DNA of 64,000 nucleotides, from positions 1,216 to 65,215 of the forward strand of contig JAFYAC010000084.1 of the NCBI GenBank assembly GCA_017540905.1. The letters are read 5' to 3'. This DNA is from Kiritimatiellia bacterium (lineage in GTDB: Bacteria > Verrucomicrobiota > Kiritimatiellia > CAIQIC01 > Lenti-01). The notes below the pieces were generated by a model, which worked only from the letters and a program-made list of their open reading frames with translations, was not told the origin of the DNA and made no database searches. Shown here piece after piece: positions 9,238 to 18,503 of the stretch; the first letter of the stretch is position 1, and each line of letters opens with the position of its first letter. A program made the position numbers and the translations under genes.

Positions 9238-12200
9238 GTGAAAAGCGACATCCCGGATTCCGTTGGCCACGCGCCCCATGGCGGCTACCTCTCCATCCTG
9301 TCGGCGTGGGCGCTCGCGTTCGGCTGCGCCGTCGGCTGGGGCGCGTTCATCATGCCGGGGACGACGTTCCTGCCGATGGCGGGGCCCCTGGGCACGGTGC
9401 TGGGGATCGTCGTCGGCGCGCTGGTGATGGGGATCATCGCGCTCAACTACCACTACCTGATGCAGCGCCATCCCGACGCCGGCGGCGCCTACGCCTGTGT
9501 CAAGGAGCTGTGCAACCATGACCACGCCTTCCTCTGCGGCTGGTTCCTGCTGCTGACCTACGCGGCGATCGTCTGGGCGAACGCCACCGCGCTGGCGCTG
9601 GTGGAGCGCACGCTCTTCCGCGGCGTGTTCCGCTTCGGCTTCCACTACGGCTTCGCGGGCTGGGAGGTCTGGGGCGGCGAGCTGCTGCTTTCGGCGGCGA
9701 TGCTGGCGGCGGGCGGGGCGCTGCTGGCGCACGCGAAGCGCTGGGCGGCGCGCGTGCAGACGGTCCTGGCGTGCGTGCTGGCGGGTTCGTCCGCGCTGGC
9801 GCTGGCGGCGGCGCTGTGGAAGTCGGGCGGCGGGTTCCGGACGCTGGCGCCGGCCTTCGCGCCGGGCGGCGGGGGCGGGTTGGTGCAGATGCTGGGGATC
9901 GTGGCGCTGGCGCCGTGGGCGTACGTGGGCTTCGAGTCGGTGTCGCACTCGGCGGAGGGCTTCCGCTTCCCCCGCCGGCGCGCCATCTGGGTGATGGCGG
10001 CGGCCCTCGCGGCGGCGGCCTTCGCCTACGCGGCCTTCGCGGCGGTGGCCGCCTCGGCGGCGGCGCGGCCGGAAGGGATCGCGGACTGGCCGGCGCACGT
10101 CGGGGCGCTGGGCGACCTGCCGGGCATCGAGTCCATGCCGGTGTTCAACGCCGTCGAGAACGCCCTCGGCCGGCCCGGCGCGTGGTTCCTCGGGGTGGCG
10201 ACGCTTTCGGCGGTGTTCACGGGGCTGCTGGGGATGCTGACGGCGGCGAGCCGCCTGCTGGTGGCGATGGCGCGCGACGGGATGTTCCCGGCGCCCCTCG
10301 CGGCGCTGACGCGCTCGGAGAGCCCGGCGCGGGCCGTCTGGGCGCTCGTGGCGGTGTCGTGCCTGGTGCCCTTCGCGGGGCGTACGGCCATCAGCTGGAT
10401 CGTGGACGTAACGACCGTCGGCGCCTCCGTCGCCTACGGCTACGTCTCGCTGTGCACCTGCCTCTCCGCGCGCCGCACCCGGAGCCGCCTCTACGAAGCC
10501 ACGGGCCTTGCGGGCCTTGTCGCGTCGGTGGCCTTCGCCGCCTTCTGCCTGGTGCCGGACCTCCTGGCCGTGGGAACCTTTTCCACCGAATCCTACCTCA
10601 TCCTCGCCGTATGGAGCGTCCTCGGCGCCCTCCGCTTCCGCCGCCTGCTGGTGCACGACGCCACGGGGCGCCTCGGCAAATCCACCGTCGTCTGGCTCGC
10701 CCTGCTCTTCCTCGTCTTCTTCACCACCCACATCTGGGTCCGCCAGGCCACCTACCGCGTCGCCGCCGACGTCGTCACCGAAGTCGGCGCCCACTACGCC
10801 GGGGGCGAATCCCGCGAAGCCCCGGCCCCGGACGACCCCTACCTGCGCGGCAAAGAAGCCATCATCGGGGACGCCCTCACCCGCTACCACCTCGCGCAGA
10901 TGGTGATCGTGGTCCTCGCCCTCGGCGTCATGGTCGGCATCTACACCGCCATCTCCCGCCGCGAGCGCGACGCCGCCAAGGCCAAGGACTACTTCTTCTC
11001 GACCATCTCCCACGACATCCGCACCCCCATCAACGCCATCGTCGGCTACACCGAGACCCTCCGCCTCGCGCCCGCAGGCGACGCCGCCGACCGCGGCGAA
11101 GCCCTCTCCGCCATCCTCTCCTCCTCCCGCACCCTCCTGCGGATCGTCGACGACATCCTCGAACTCTCCCGCCTCGAATCCGGCAACGCCGTCATCGAGC
11201 CCGAACCCACCGACTGCGCCGCCCTCGTCCGGAACGTCCTGCGCGCCTTCGAAGACCCCGCCCGCAAGGCCGGCCTCGACCTGCGCACCACCGTCGACCC
11301 GATGCCGCGCCTCCTCGTCGACGCCATCCGGATGCGCCAGATCGTCTTCCACCTGGTCGGCAACGCCATCAAATTCACCGAAAAAGGCCACGTCGAAATC
11401 CGCGTCGCCTACACCCCCGTCATCGACACCCACGTCGGCGACCTGCGCATCGAAGTCGAAGACACCGGCGTCGGCATCGCCGCCGAAGACCTCCCCCGCA
11501 TCACCACCGCCTACGTCCAACTCGGCGCCAAACTCGCCCGCAACGGCGGCACCGGACTCGGACTGGCCGTCTGCCGCCAGCTCGCCACCGCCATGGGCGG
11601 AACCTTCTCCGTCCGCTCCACCGTCGGCAAAGGCACCACCTTCACCGTCCTCCTCCCCCGCCTCAAGACCGCCGACGAAGACGCCCCCGCCTCCTCCCCC
11701 TCCTCCTCCTCCTCTCCCGCGACGGCCGGCGACCCGCCCGCTCCCCCCGACTGGCTCCCACCCCCGGAAGACTTCACGGACGCCCCCTTCCCGCCCGCCA
11801 CGCCCGAAACGCCCGCCCCGCCCGCCCCGTCCGCCACGACGGCGACGCCTCCACCTTCCCCCGCGCCCACGGCCCCGGCCCCCGCCGCACCCGCCCTGGC
11901 CACCGCCGCCGCTCCCGCCGCCCCCGCCCATCCCCTTCCCCGCATCCTCCTCGTCGACGACTCCAAGATGAACCTCATGGTCCTCAAAGCCCTCCTCAAG
12001 CGACTGGGCAGCTACGACCTCGCCCTGGCCTCCGACGGCAACGAAGCCCTGGAGATGCTCCGCCACGCCGGCGACCGCCCCTTTTCGCTGGTCCTGACCG
12101 ACTACTGGATGCCGAACCTCGACGGCGCCGGCCTGGCCGCCGCCATCCGTTCCGACCCGCACCTCGCATCCATCCCCGTCCACGTCATCACCGCCGACAT

Positions 12201-12294
12201 CGAACTCCAGGCCGAATACGTTTCCAAAGGCTTCGACTCCCTCCTCCTCAAACCCGTCACTCCCGACGCCCTCCGCCCGATCCTTCCGCACTGA
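9238..12294 (+). CDS. Hybrid sensor histidine kinase with N-terminal APC-family amino-acid permease domain (permease-HisKA-HATPase_c-Pro-rich linker-REC)
   Basis: C-terminal 1018 codons of the artefactual ORF 5737..12294, with an in-frame GTG at 9238 after aaagaaagg. About 12-14 TM helices (GGYLSILSAWALAFGCAVGWGAFIMPG...), H-box FFSTISHDIRTPINAI, G-box GTGLGLAVC and receiver ILLVDDSKMN...TDYWMPNLDG...LLKP. Confidence 0.8.
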   Translation: MKSDIPDSVGHAPHGGYLSILSAWALAFGCAVGWGAFIMPGTTFLPMAGPLGTVLGIVVGALVMGIIALNYHYLMQRHPDAGGAYACVKELCNHDHAFLCGWFLLLTYAAIVWANATALALVERTLFRGVFRFGFHYGFAGWEVWGGELLLSAAMLAAGGALLAHAKRWAARVQTVLACVLAGSSALALAAALWKSGGGFRTLAPAFAPGGGGGLVQMLGIVALAPWAYVGFESVSHSAEGFRFPRRRAIWVMAAALAAAAFAYAAFAAVAASAAARPEGIADWPAHVGALGDLPGIESMPVFNAVENALGRPGAWFLGVATLSAVFTGLLGMLTAASRLLVAMARDGMFPAPLAALTRSESPARAVWALVAVSCLVPFAGRTAISWIVDVTTVGASVAYGYVSLCTCLSARRTRSRLYEATGLAGLVASVAFAAFCLVPDLLAVGTFSTESYLILAVWSVLGALRFRRLLVHDATGRLGKSTVVWLALLFLVFFTTHIWVRQATYRVAADVVTEVGAHYAGGESREAPAPDDPYLRGKEAIIGDALTRYHLAQMVIVVLALGVMVGIYTAISRRERDAAKAKDYFFSTISHDIRTPINAIVGYTETLRLAPAGDAADRGEALSAILSSSRTLLRIVDDILELSRLESGNAVIEPEPTDCAALVRNVLRAFEDPARKAGLDLRTTVDPMPRLLVDAIRMRQIVFHLVGNAIKFTEKGHVEIRVAYTPVIDTHVGDLRIEVEDTGVGIAAEDLPRITTAYVQLGAKLARNGGTGLGLAVCRQLATAMGGTFSVRSTVGKGTTFTVLLPRLKTADEDAPASSPSSSSSPATAGDPPAPPDWLPPPEDFTDAPFPPATPETPAPPAPSATTATPPPSPAPTAPAPAAPALATAAAPAAPAHPLPRILLVDDSKMNLMVLKALLKRLGSYDLALASDGNEALEMLRHAGDRPFSLVLTDYWMPNLDGAGLAAAIRSDPHLASIPVHVITADIELQAEYVSKGFDSLLLKPVTPDALRPILPH

Positions 12295-12326
12295 AGCGCC
12301 ACCGACCGCGCCCTCCCCCCCTGGGA

Positions 12327-12347
12327 GCACGGGCAGCTTGCCCGTGC
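12327..12347 (+). terminator. Perfect 9-bp stem hairpin 33 nt after the kinase stop codon (possible terminator; no U-tract)
   Basis: gcacgggca-gct-tgcccgtgc, followed by acgtggcg rather than a T run. Confidence 0.3.
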
Positions 12348-12390
12348 ACGTGGCGCGGGGTGCGCAACCGTGTTGCCGCCGCGCAGACGC

Positions 12391-12612
12391 CTGGAGCGGT
12401 TTGCGAAATAATGTGGCTCTACCGATGGGAAAAAGCCACTTTGCATGCACCATCCTTCCACCACGGCCGGGACGGAGCCCGGCCCTCCCGCTTGGAACCC
12501 CTACTGGAAAAACGGCGCACGGGAAGTGGCTCTGGGAGGGCCGCGCTCCGTCGCGGCCGTGCGAATGAGGGGCAACGGATAGGCTACAGTATTTCGTAAA
12601 CCGCTCTAGAAC
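12391..12612. mobile_element. MITE-like element (about 222 bp) with about 26-bp terminal inverted repeats of the CTRGAGCGGTTT...GAAATA.TGT.G type
   Basis: Left end ctggagcggtttgcgaaataatgtgg; reverse complement of the right end ctagagcggtttacgaaatactgtag (22/26 match). The interior carries GGGAGGG-type hairpins. Confidence 0.6.
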
Positions 12613-12644
12613 GGCGCGCCCGGGGACCCCGCCCCACCAATCCC

Positions 12645-12672
12645 TTGACAAAACGGCTGTGGATTCTACTTT
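12645..12672 (+). promoter_or_regulatory. Sigma-70-like promoter candidate for the GT2 gene
   Basis: TTGACA (12645-12650), 16-nt spacer, TACTTT. The ATG at 12682 is only about 10 nt downstream, giving a very short leader. Confidence 0.35.
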
Positions 12673-12681
12673 GTTTGGACG

Positions 12682-13794
12682 ATGACTTCCGGACTTGCAG
12701 ATTCAACCACGAAAGAGAGAACCCCGGGGACGCCGTTGTTCTCCATGGCCGTTCCATGTTGCAATGTCGCGGCGTACCTGGACGAGTGCATCGCGTCGTT
12801 GCTGTCCCAGGCTTTCGGGGACTGGGAATGCCTGCTGTACGTCGAGGAATCGCGCGACGCCACCCTGGAGATCGCGAAAGGGTACGCGGCGGAGGATCCG
12901 CGGTTCCGGGTGTTCGAAGGGCCGCGCAGCGGGTCCTGCTCCGTCCCGCGCAACCGCTGCATCGAGGAGGCGCGCGGGGAATACGTCGTGTTCCTCGACG
13001 GCGACGACTCGCTCGTCCCCGGCGCCCTCGCGCGCCTCGCCGACGCCATTGCCGCCCGTCCCGGCGCCGACATCTACCCCTGCGCCGTCCAAGTCCACGA
13101 CGACAGGACCGGCCTCGACACGGAACTCCGCGACAACTATCCCCCCGACGCCCCCCCCGAACTCAGCGGCACCGAGGCCACGCTTTTGGCGGAATCATTC
13201 CGGCGCCATCCCAACCCCATGATGCAGATGGAGATTTTCCGGCGCGGTTTCCTGCTGGAAAACCGTCTTGCGTGCATTCCGGGCCTTCGCGGACAGGACC
13301 GCGAATTCTCGCCCCGGGCCCTTTTTGCGGCCCGCCGCGTCGTTCCGCTGCATGAAACGTTCTACATCTACCGGAAGCGGCTGGGTGCCGTCACGGTATC
13401 GACGGGCAACGCCCGGCTCCTGACCGACCAGGCCATCATTCACAAGTCTCTCTTCGCCTTCCATGCCTCCGTCCGGCGTCTTCCGGGATTCGATTCCCGC
13501 CTGACGCTTTGCTGGGCGCGATGCTGGACCAGCTGGGTGTTCCATGTCTGGTTCTCGCCGCGGAACGTCGCCCTCATCCCCCGCGCCCGGCGTCTGGAAA
13601 CCCTGCGCGAACTCTTTTCCGGCGGCTTCGGCGACTTCGATGGTTTGATGGCCGGCTCTCCCCTTGTCCGGCGCGTTGCCGCGGCATGGATGCGGGCCTT
13701 CGTCGGGCACCCGCTTCTCCGCCCCCTGGCCGAATGGTTTTTCCGTCTTTATTTCGCCCTTTCCCAAAGAAGGCAGCGGCAAGGCTCCGAATGA
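12682..13794 (+). CDS. Family 2 glycosyltransferase (GT-A fold)
   Basis: FSMAVPCCNVAAYLDECIASLLSQ, VFLDGDD (DxD). The stop overlaps the next start (ATGA at 13791). Confidence 0.8.
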   Translation: MTSGLADSTTKERTPGTPLFSMAVPCCNVAAYLDECIASLLSQAFGDWECLLYVEESRDATLEIAKGYAAEDPRFRVFEGPRSGSCSVPRNRCIEEARGEYVVFLDGDDSLVPGALARLADAIAARPGADIYPCAVQVHDDRTGLDTELRDNYPPDAPPELSGTEATLLAESFRRHPNPMMQMEIFRRGFLLENRLACIPGLRGQDREFSPRALFAARRVVPLHETFYIYRKRLGAVTVSTGNARLLTDQAIIHKSLFAFHASVRRLPGFDSRLTLCWARCWTSWVFHVWFSPRNVALIPRARRLETLRELFSGGFGDFDGLMAGSPLVRRVAAAWMRAFVGHPLLRPLAEWFFRLYFALSQRRQRQGSE

Positions 13795-14966
13795 AAGACG
13801 TCTTGCTTTATTACAATTTTTCCTACCCGTTGGGAGGCGGCGACCTGTTGCCGCTTTCCTTTGCCGCGGAACTGCAGGATGTCAGCCGCGTGACCATGGC
13901 CGTGGACTCGCTTCCCGGATTCCGGCGGGCAGCCGACGCTTTCGGTATCCGGCTCGATCCGGCAAGGGTATCCGTAGTCCCCCTGTTTTCGGACGGCTAC
14001 TCCGGCAAAGGCCACACCCGTTGGCATTCCTTCCTCAGGAATGTCCGCCTGAAACGCCTTGCGCGAAAAGCCGATGTCTGCATTTCGGCCGCCAATATCA
14101 CCGACTTCGGAAGGCCGGCCCACCACTTTGTCAATCTGCTCGCGGGCATCGACCCCCTCCTCCCCCAAGCCGCCTCCGGGTGCAACCCCTCTCTCCCTTT
14201 CTGGAAGAAAATGCGCCGCCAATTCGTCGAATCCGTCGGCCGCCCCCTTTCGGGGTGCCGCGCCAAGCGTTCCCTGGTTCTCGACCCGGGGGAACGCGTC
14301 TACCCGAATTCCTGTTACGTCCGCGACGTCCTTTTCCGTTTCTACGGCCCCTTTGACGCTTCCGTTTTCTATCCGCCCACCCTGTTTTCCCCGCATCGCG
14401 CGGACATCCCCCGCCAACCGCTCCGATGCCTCTGCCTGGGCCGCATTTCCCCATCCAAACGCATCCCCGACATCATCGAAATCGTGGACCGGGCCCGGCG
14501 TATCTCCCATGCCGACCTCCGCCTCGTCATCGCCGGCCCCATCGCACCGGGTTCCCGCGAAGCGGCTTTCCTGGATCGCGCGGCCTCGGCCAATCCCTGG
14601 CTGGAAATCCGCGACGGCGTGTTTGGCGACGCCAAGGAAGAACTCCTGCTTTCCTCGACCTTCGCCATCCATGCCCGCCGCGACGAAGAATTCGGAATCG
14701 CCGTCAGCGAATACCTTGTCGCCGGTCTCCTGCCCGTCGTTCCCGGAGAAGGCGGCTCGAACGAAATCGTCGGCACCCCGGACCTCGCCTACAGGACAAT
14801 CGACGGGGCCGCGGCCATACTTGCGCGCCTCGCCACCGACACGGAGTTCCGCGACCGCTGCCGCCGCCATTGCGACGGACGGGCACGGCTCTTTTCCCGC
14901 GATGCCTATCTCGAGCGGCAGCGACGCCTCCTCCGCGGCATCCTCGACGGCGCGCAAAACCGCTGA
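13791..14966 (+). CDS. Family 4 (group 1) glycosyltransferase
   Basis: In-frame ATG 13791 within ORF 13509..14966 (MKDVLLYYNF...). C-terminal half carries RRDEEFGIAVSEYLVAGLLPVV (E-x7-E-like GT-B motif). Confidence 0.7.
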   Translation: MKDVLLYYNFSYPLGGGDLLPLSFAAELQDVSRVTMAVDSLPGFRRAADAFGIRLDPARVSVVPLFSDGYSGKGHTRWHSFLRNVRLKRLARKADVCISAANITDFGRPAHHFVNLLAGIDPLLPQAASGCNPSLPFWKKMRRQFVESVGRPLSGCRAKRSLVLDPGERVYPNSCYVRDVLFRFYGPFDASVFYPPTLFSPHRADIPRQPLRCLCLGRISPSKRIPDIIEIVDRARRISHADLRLVIAGPIAPGSREAAFLDRAASANPWLEIRDGVFGDAKEELLLSSTFAIHARRDEEFGIAVSEYLVAGLLPVVPGEGGSNEIVGTPDLAYRTIDGAAAILARLATDTEFRDRCRRHCDGRARLFSRDAYLERQRRLLRGILDGAQNR

Positions 14967-15028
14967 TTTTCCCCTCCTCCCTTTTCAAACGCCCGGATGC
15001 AATCGTCCGCATCCGCCGGGCCGCGCCC

Positions 15029-16555
15029 TCACTTCCGCCGCAGCGTGTCCAGCAACTCCAGGCAATCGTGGCGGAACAGCAACAGCAGCGCGGCCGACAC
15101 GGCGCCCGCGGCCGCAACGGACTTGCACAGGAACCCCATGACGCCGCTCTCCATGACGGTGAATGCGGCCAGCCACGCCCCGAAGAACAGCCACACCGCC
15201 AGCACCGTGAAGTTGACCTGTTCCATCCAGTAGCGGTGTTTCTGCGCCTTCGTGAAATACTTGGTGAACAGCACGTGCGTTTCCCACGGGACCTGGATGA
15301 ACAGCACCGAGGCGATGGTTCCGAAAATCACGCCGTCGAGCTTCCATCCCTCCGGCAGGAAAACCACGAGCCCGAGACTGATTGCGAGATTGACCGCGCC
15401 CGCGACGAGGGGTTTCCAGCGGTCGCCTTTCCACAGCCCCGCCGCGGTCTTGAAGGTCAGGACCGTCTGGCGGGACTGGTTCACGAAGAAGTACAGGACC
15501 ATCAGCAACGGCGTCACGACGTGCCGCACCAGCGTCGGGTCCTCGCGCGTCCACACTCCGATGAACGGCTGGAAAACCGCGGCCATCACCGCCGTGCACC
15601 ACAGCGCCACGAGCATCACCACCCGGTTCGCCTTCAGGAACAGGCGGAAGTTCGTCTCCCGCGATTCAGTGTGGATCTTGTTGCCGAAACCGCCCGTCAT
15701 CGAGGTGGCGACCGTCCCCACCAATCCTGCCACCGACGTCACGACATAGTAGTAATTGCCGTAGGCCGCCACCGCCACCAGTCCCAGCGCGCCCGAAATC
15801 ACCAGGTTGTCCGACGAATTCGTCACCGTGCCGCCCACCTTGTGCAGGAAGATCGACTTGGCGTCGGAGATCACGCTCCGCTTCCGTTCCGCATCCAGAT
15901 TTCCTTCGGGGAAGAGGTCGGGGAACAGCCGGCGCGACTCGCGCAGCAGCAGGAGGTTGTAGAGCAGCGTGAAGGCCACCGTCACCGCCACGTAGCCGTA
16001 GTAGTTCCTCGTCAGGAACAGCACGAGGAACACGCTGACGTACTTGAGCACCTCGACGAACGAGGAAATGTTCGAAATGACGTCCCGCCGGGCGTGCGCC
16101 GACAAAATCGACCCGCGGTAGGCGAAGAAGAAGTAGCTCGCCGCCGTGTTGAACAGGTGCGCGAAATACAGGACGTACAGGTCGACGCCCGCCGGCACGT
16201 CCCCGTGGATCAGCCGCCGCAGGAAGGGCGCGAGGCACAGGCCGAAGACGAACACCGCCGTCCCCACCCACCGGTAGAGCGTGCGGAAGAAGTTCAGGTA
16301 CGCGCGGAGCAGCGCCCGGTCCCCGTCGGCCACCGGCTTGTACATCGAACAGATGACCGCCGTCCCGAACCCCAGCTCCGCCAGCGACATCACGCCCAGA
16401 ACCGATGCGAACAGTCCGTTCAGGCCCAGGAACTCCGGTCCCAGCAGCCACAGGAACAGCGTCCGGTTCAGGAACGGGAACACCAGGCGGATGCCGCTGA
16501 ACAGCAATCCCGCCAGCATGTTCCGCCGCGCGTGCCGCGCGAAGTCGAGCTTCAT
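15029..16555 (-). CDS. wzx: Wzx-type oligosaccharide flippase (MOP superfamily)
   Basis: ORF 15029..16654 trimmed to ATG 16555 (MKLDFARHARRNMLAGLLFSG...). About 12-14 TM helices. The start overlaps the upstream stop by 4 nt. Confidence 0.7.
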   Translation of the reverse strand: MKLDFARHARRNMLAGLLFSGIRLVFPFLNRTLFLWLLGPEFLGLNGLFASVLGVMSLAELGFGTAVICSMYKPVADGDRALLRAYLNFFRTLYRWVGTAVFVFGLCLAPFLRRLIHGDVPAGVDLYVLYFAHLFNTAASYFFFAYRGSILSAHARRDVISNISSFVEVLKYVSVFLVLFLTRNYYGYVAVTVAFTLLYNLLLLRESRRLFPDLFPEGNLDAERKRSVISDAKSIFLHKVGGTVTNSSDNLVISGALGLVAVAAYGNYYYVVTSVAGLVGTVATSMTGGFGNKIHTESRETNFRLFLKANRVVMLVALWCTAVMAAVFQPFIGVWTREDPTLVRHVVTPLLMVLYFFVNQSRQTVLTFKTAAGLWKGDRWKPLVAGAVNLAISLGLVVFLPEGWKLDGVIFGTIASVLFIQVPWETHVLFTKYFTKAQKHRYWMEQVNFTVLAVWLFFGAWLAAFTVMESGVMGFLCKSVAAAGAVSAALLLLFRHDCLELLDTLRRK

Positions 16556-17511
16556 GCGAAAACACTCCGGGCCACCCGCTTCGCCTTCGCGGAAAACGCC
16601 ATCCACGAAATCGACATCCGGCACAGCGCCTTGTTCCCCGCCCGGAGCGTCCAAGGCGCCGGGGAGGGCAGTTCAAGCCCCCGGGAGGATGCCCACTCCA
16701 CGACGTCCACGGTTTCGCCGAAAAACCGGAACGCCCGCTTCGTCCACCCCTGCCACGGTTTCGGCTGCCCGATGAAATGCACGAACAGCCGCTTCCGGTC
16801 CTTGTCCATCCGGTAGGTCTCCTGCACCGCCGGCGCCCCCGGCGCGAACGCCAGGCAGGCATTGAGCGTGCTTTCGTCCAGTTGCGGATAGTACTTCAGC
16901 CCCCGGTCCACGACCCCCACGTCCCGCTCCGGCAGCACCCGCTCCTGCAAGGCCGCGTACGTTTCGAGAAATCCCCGGTACCGCCGGAGCGACAGCGAAA
17001 AGAAGCAGGCCGATCCCGTCGTCGTGAACCGCGCTTCTTTCTCCGCCCTTCCCGCCACGGCTTCCACGTCGCGGCGCCACGCCTCCAGCACCTCCCCCGG
17101 CACCGAGCGCCCGTCCAGGCCGCGGGCCCACCGCCACACCCGCCCCGGCAATTCCTCCGGCTTCCGCATCCGGAAATGGATTTCGTCCGGCTTCTCCGGC
17201 AGGAGGATGTCCGAAACGTTCCCCGAAAAGAACCCGTCCGAGTCCGCCCACGTTGTCCACTCCGTCCCCGCCTCCAGCATCGTCTTGGCCTTGAGGCACG
17301 TCAGCGACCGTTTTTCCCCGTCCAACGGCAGGAACTCCACCCCGCCCAGCTGCCGCAGCACCCGCTTTTCCTTCTCGCCGAAACCCTTGCAACCCACCAG
17401 GAACGGCTCCTCCATCCCCGCCTTACGGGCCGACGCCGCCAACAGGAAAATGCCCCAAAGGTAGGCTGCGTCCCCAATGGTCACAATCGTGTTTTCCTTT
17501 GCTTCGTTCAT
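16552..17511 (-). CDS. Putative GT-A fold glycosyltransferase (DSD as DxD motif)
   Basis: ATG 17511 within ORF 16552..18450 (MNEAKENTIVTIGDAAYLWG..., WADSDGFF). The N-terminal 313 codons of the track ORF are G/R-rich shadow. ATGA overlaps at both ends. Confidence 0.5.
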   Translation of the reverse strand: MNEAKENTIVTIGDAAYLWGIFLLAASARKAGMEEPFLVGCKGFGEKEKRVLRQLGGVEFLPLDGEKRSLTCLKAKTMLEAGTEWTTWADSDGFFSGNVSDILLPEKPDEIHFRMRKPEELPGRVWRWARGLDGRSVPGEVLEAWRRDVEAVAGRAEKEARFTTTGSACFFSLSLRRYRGFLETYAALQERVLPERDVGVVDRGLKYYPQLDESTLNACLAFAPGAPAVQETYRMDKDRKRLFVHFIGQPKPWQGWTKRAFRFFGETVDVVEWASSRGLELPSPAPWTLRAGNKALCRMSISWMAFSAKAKRVARSVFA

Positions 17512-18503
17512 CGTGCCGCAAGTCCCTTCGCGAAAAGATACGCCTGGATGGCCAGCGTGCAAGCCACGCCGGGATGGGGAGTCCGCAATCCAAGTTTGTG
17601 CGGCGGGCGTCGGCAGTCGTGTCCCGTGAGTTCTTTCATGAGCTGCCTGTACTTCTCCCTGTGCGGAGCCGCCTTGGCGAGAAACGCCGCGCGGACTTTC
17701 CACGGGTCGGGCCTGTGCGCCACCCAGTGGGCGATGCCCGCCGCGATGGCGTTCGGTTCGGGTTCGACGCGCCGGACGTATTCGTCCGGCATGACCACGT
17801 CCCGCCCGCCGATGGACGGGGTGTCCACCACGGGCAGGCCGCTCAGGAGGTACTCCGCGGAAGCGAAGCAAGCTCCTTCCACGGCGGAAAGCGCCAACCC
17901 GCATTTCGCCCGCGCCAGGAGGCACGAAATCTTGGAGCCGGAAAAAGCCTCCACCCACCGGGCCGCCGGGTATTTTGCATGCATTTCGTCCGCGTATCCG
18001 CGCTCCGACGCCCGCACCCCCGCACCGAGGAACAGCAGGCGCGGGGCCAGTTCCGCCGGCACCAGCCCGTGCCGCTTGAACGGCGTGAGGCGCGCGATGT
18101 ACGCCGCATCGAACGGCCGGTTTCCCCCTCCCATCGGACGGAACCGGCGCTCGTCCATCAAGGCGTTCTGGTGGATCCACCGCGTCTCCATCCCCGCCTT
18201 CCCCAGCGCCTCCATCTCGGCGGCCGAGTTGCACATCGTGACCAGCCGCGCCCCTCCCGTCCCCTCCCGGAACGCCGCCGCCGCCGCCGCGAGCCGCCCG
18301 ACGGACTCCGGCGTCTCGCACTCCCACCCCAGCTGGACCAGCACGCATCCGCCCGGATTGGCCCGCGCGAACGCCTCGAAGACCTCCCGGCGCTTGATGA
18401 AATCCGACTCGTACGCCACGACCACGCCGGGCCGGGCGCACAGCACGCACGCCATCCGCTTTTCCACGAGCGATTCCATGGACTCAACCGAACCGTTTTT
18501 CAC
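17508..18503 (-). CDS. Putative GT-B fold (group 1-like) glycosyltransferase
   Basis: Within ORF 17508..18761. GTG 18503 overlaps the upstream stop (GTGA); the alternative start is ATG 18479 (MESLVEK). C-terminal motif: GLALSAVEGACFASAEYLLSGLPVVDTPSIGGRD. Confidence 0.5.
   Translation of the reverse strand: MKNGSVESMESLVEKRMACVLCARPGVVVAYESDFIKRREVFEAFARANPGGCVLVQLGWECETPESVGRLAAAAAAFREGTGGARLVTMCNSAAEMEALGKAGMETRWIHQNALMDERRFRPMGGGNRPFDAAYIARLTPFKRHGLVPAELAPRLLFLGAGVRASERGYADEMHAKYPAARWVEAFSGSKISCLLARAKCGLALSAVEGACFASAEYLLSGLPVVDTPSIGGRDVVMPDEYVRRVEPEPNAIAAGIAHWVAHRPDPWKVRAAFLAKAAPHREKYRQLMKELTGHDCRRPPHKLGLRTPHPGVACTLAIQAYLFAKGLAAR

Noticed and set aside
5737-12294. 2185-aa ORF, the longest in the track
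   Set aside because: Only its last 1018 codons (from GTG 9238) have protein-like composition and recognisable domains. The upstream two-thirds is R/P/G/H-rich and runs off-frame through the same-strand YfhO-like gene, antisense to the SBP gene, and through repeat-filled intergenic DNA. This is typical stop-poor read-through in high-G+C DNA.
12327-12347. Canonical intrinsic terminator after the permease-kinase gene
   Set aside because: The stem is perfect (9 bp, GC-rich) but there is no downstream U-tract. It is listed only as a low-confidence hairpin.
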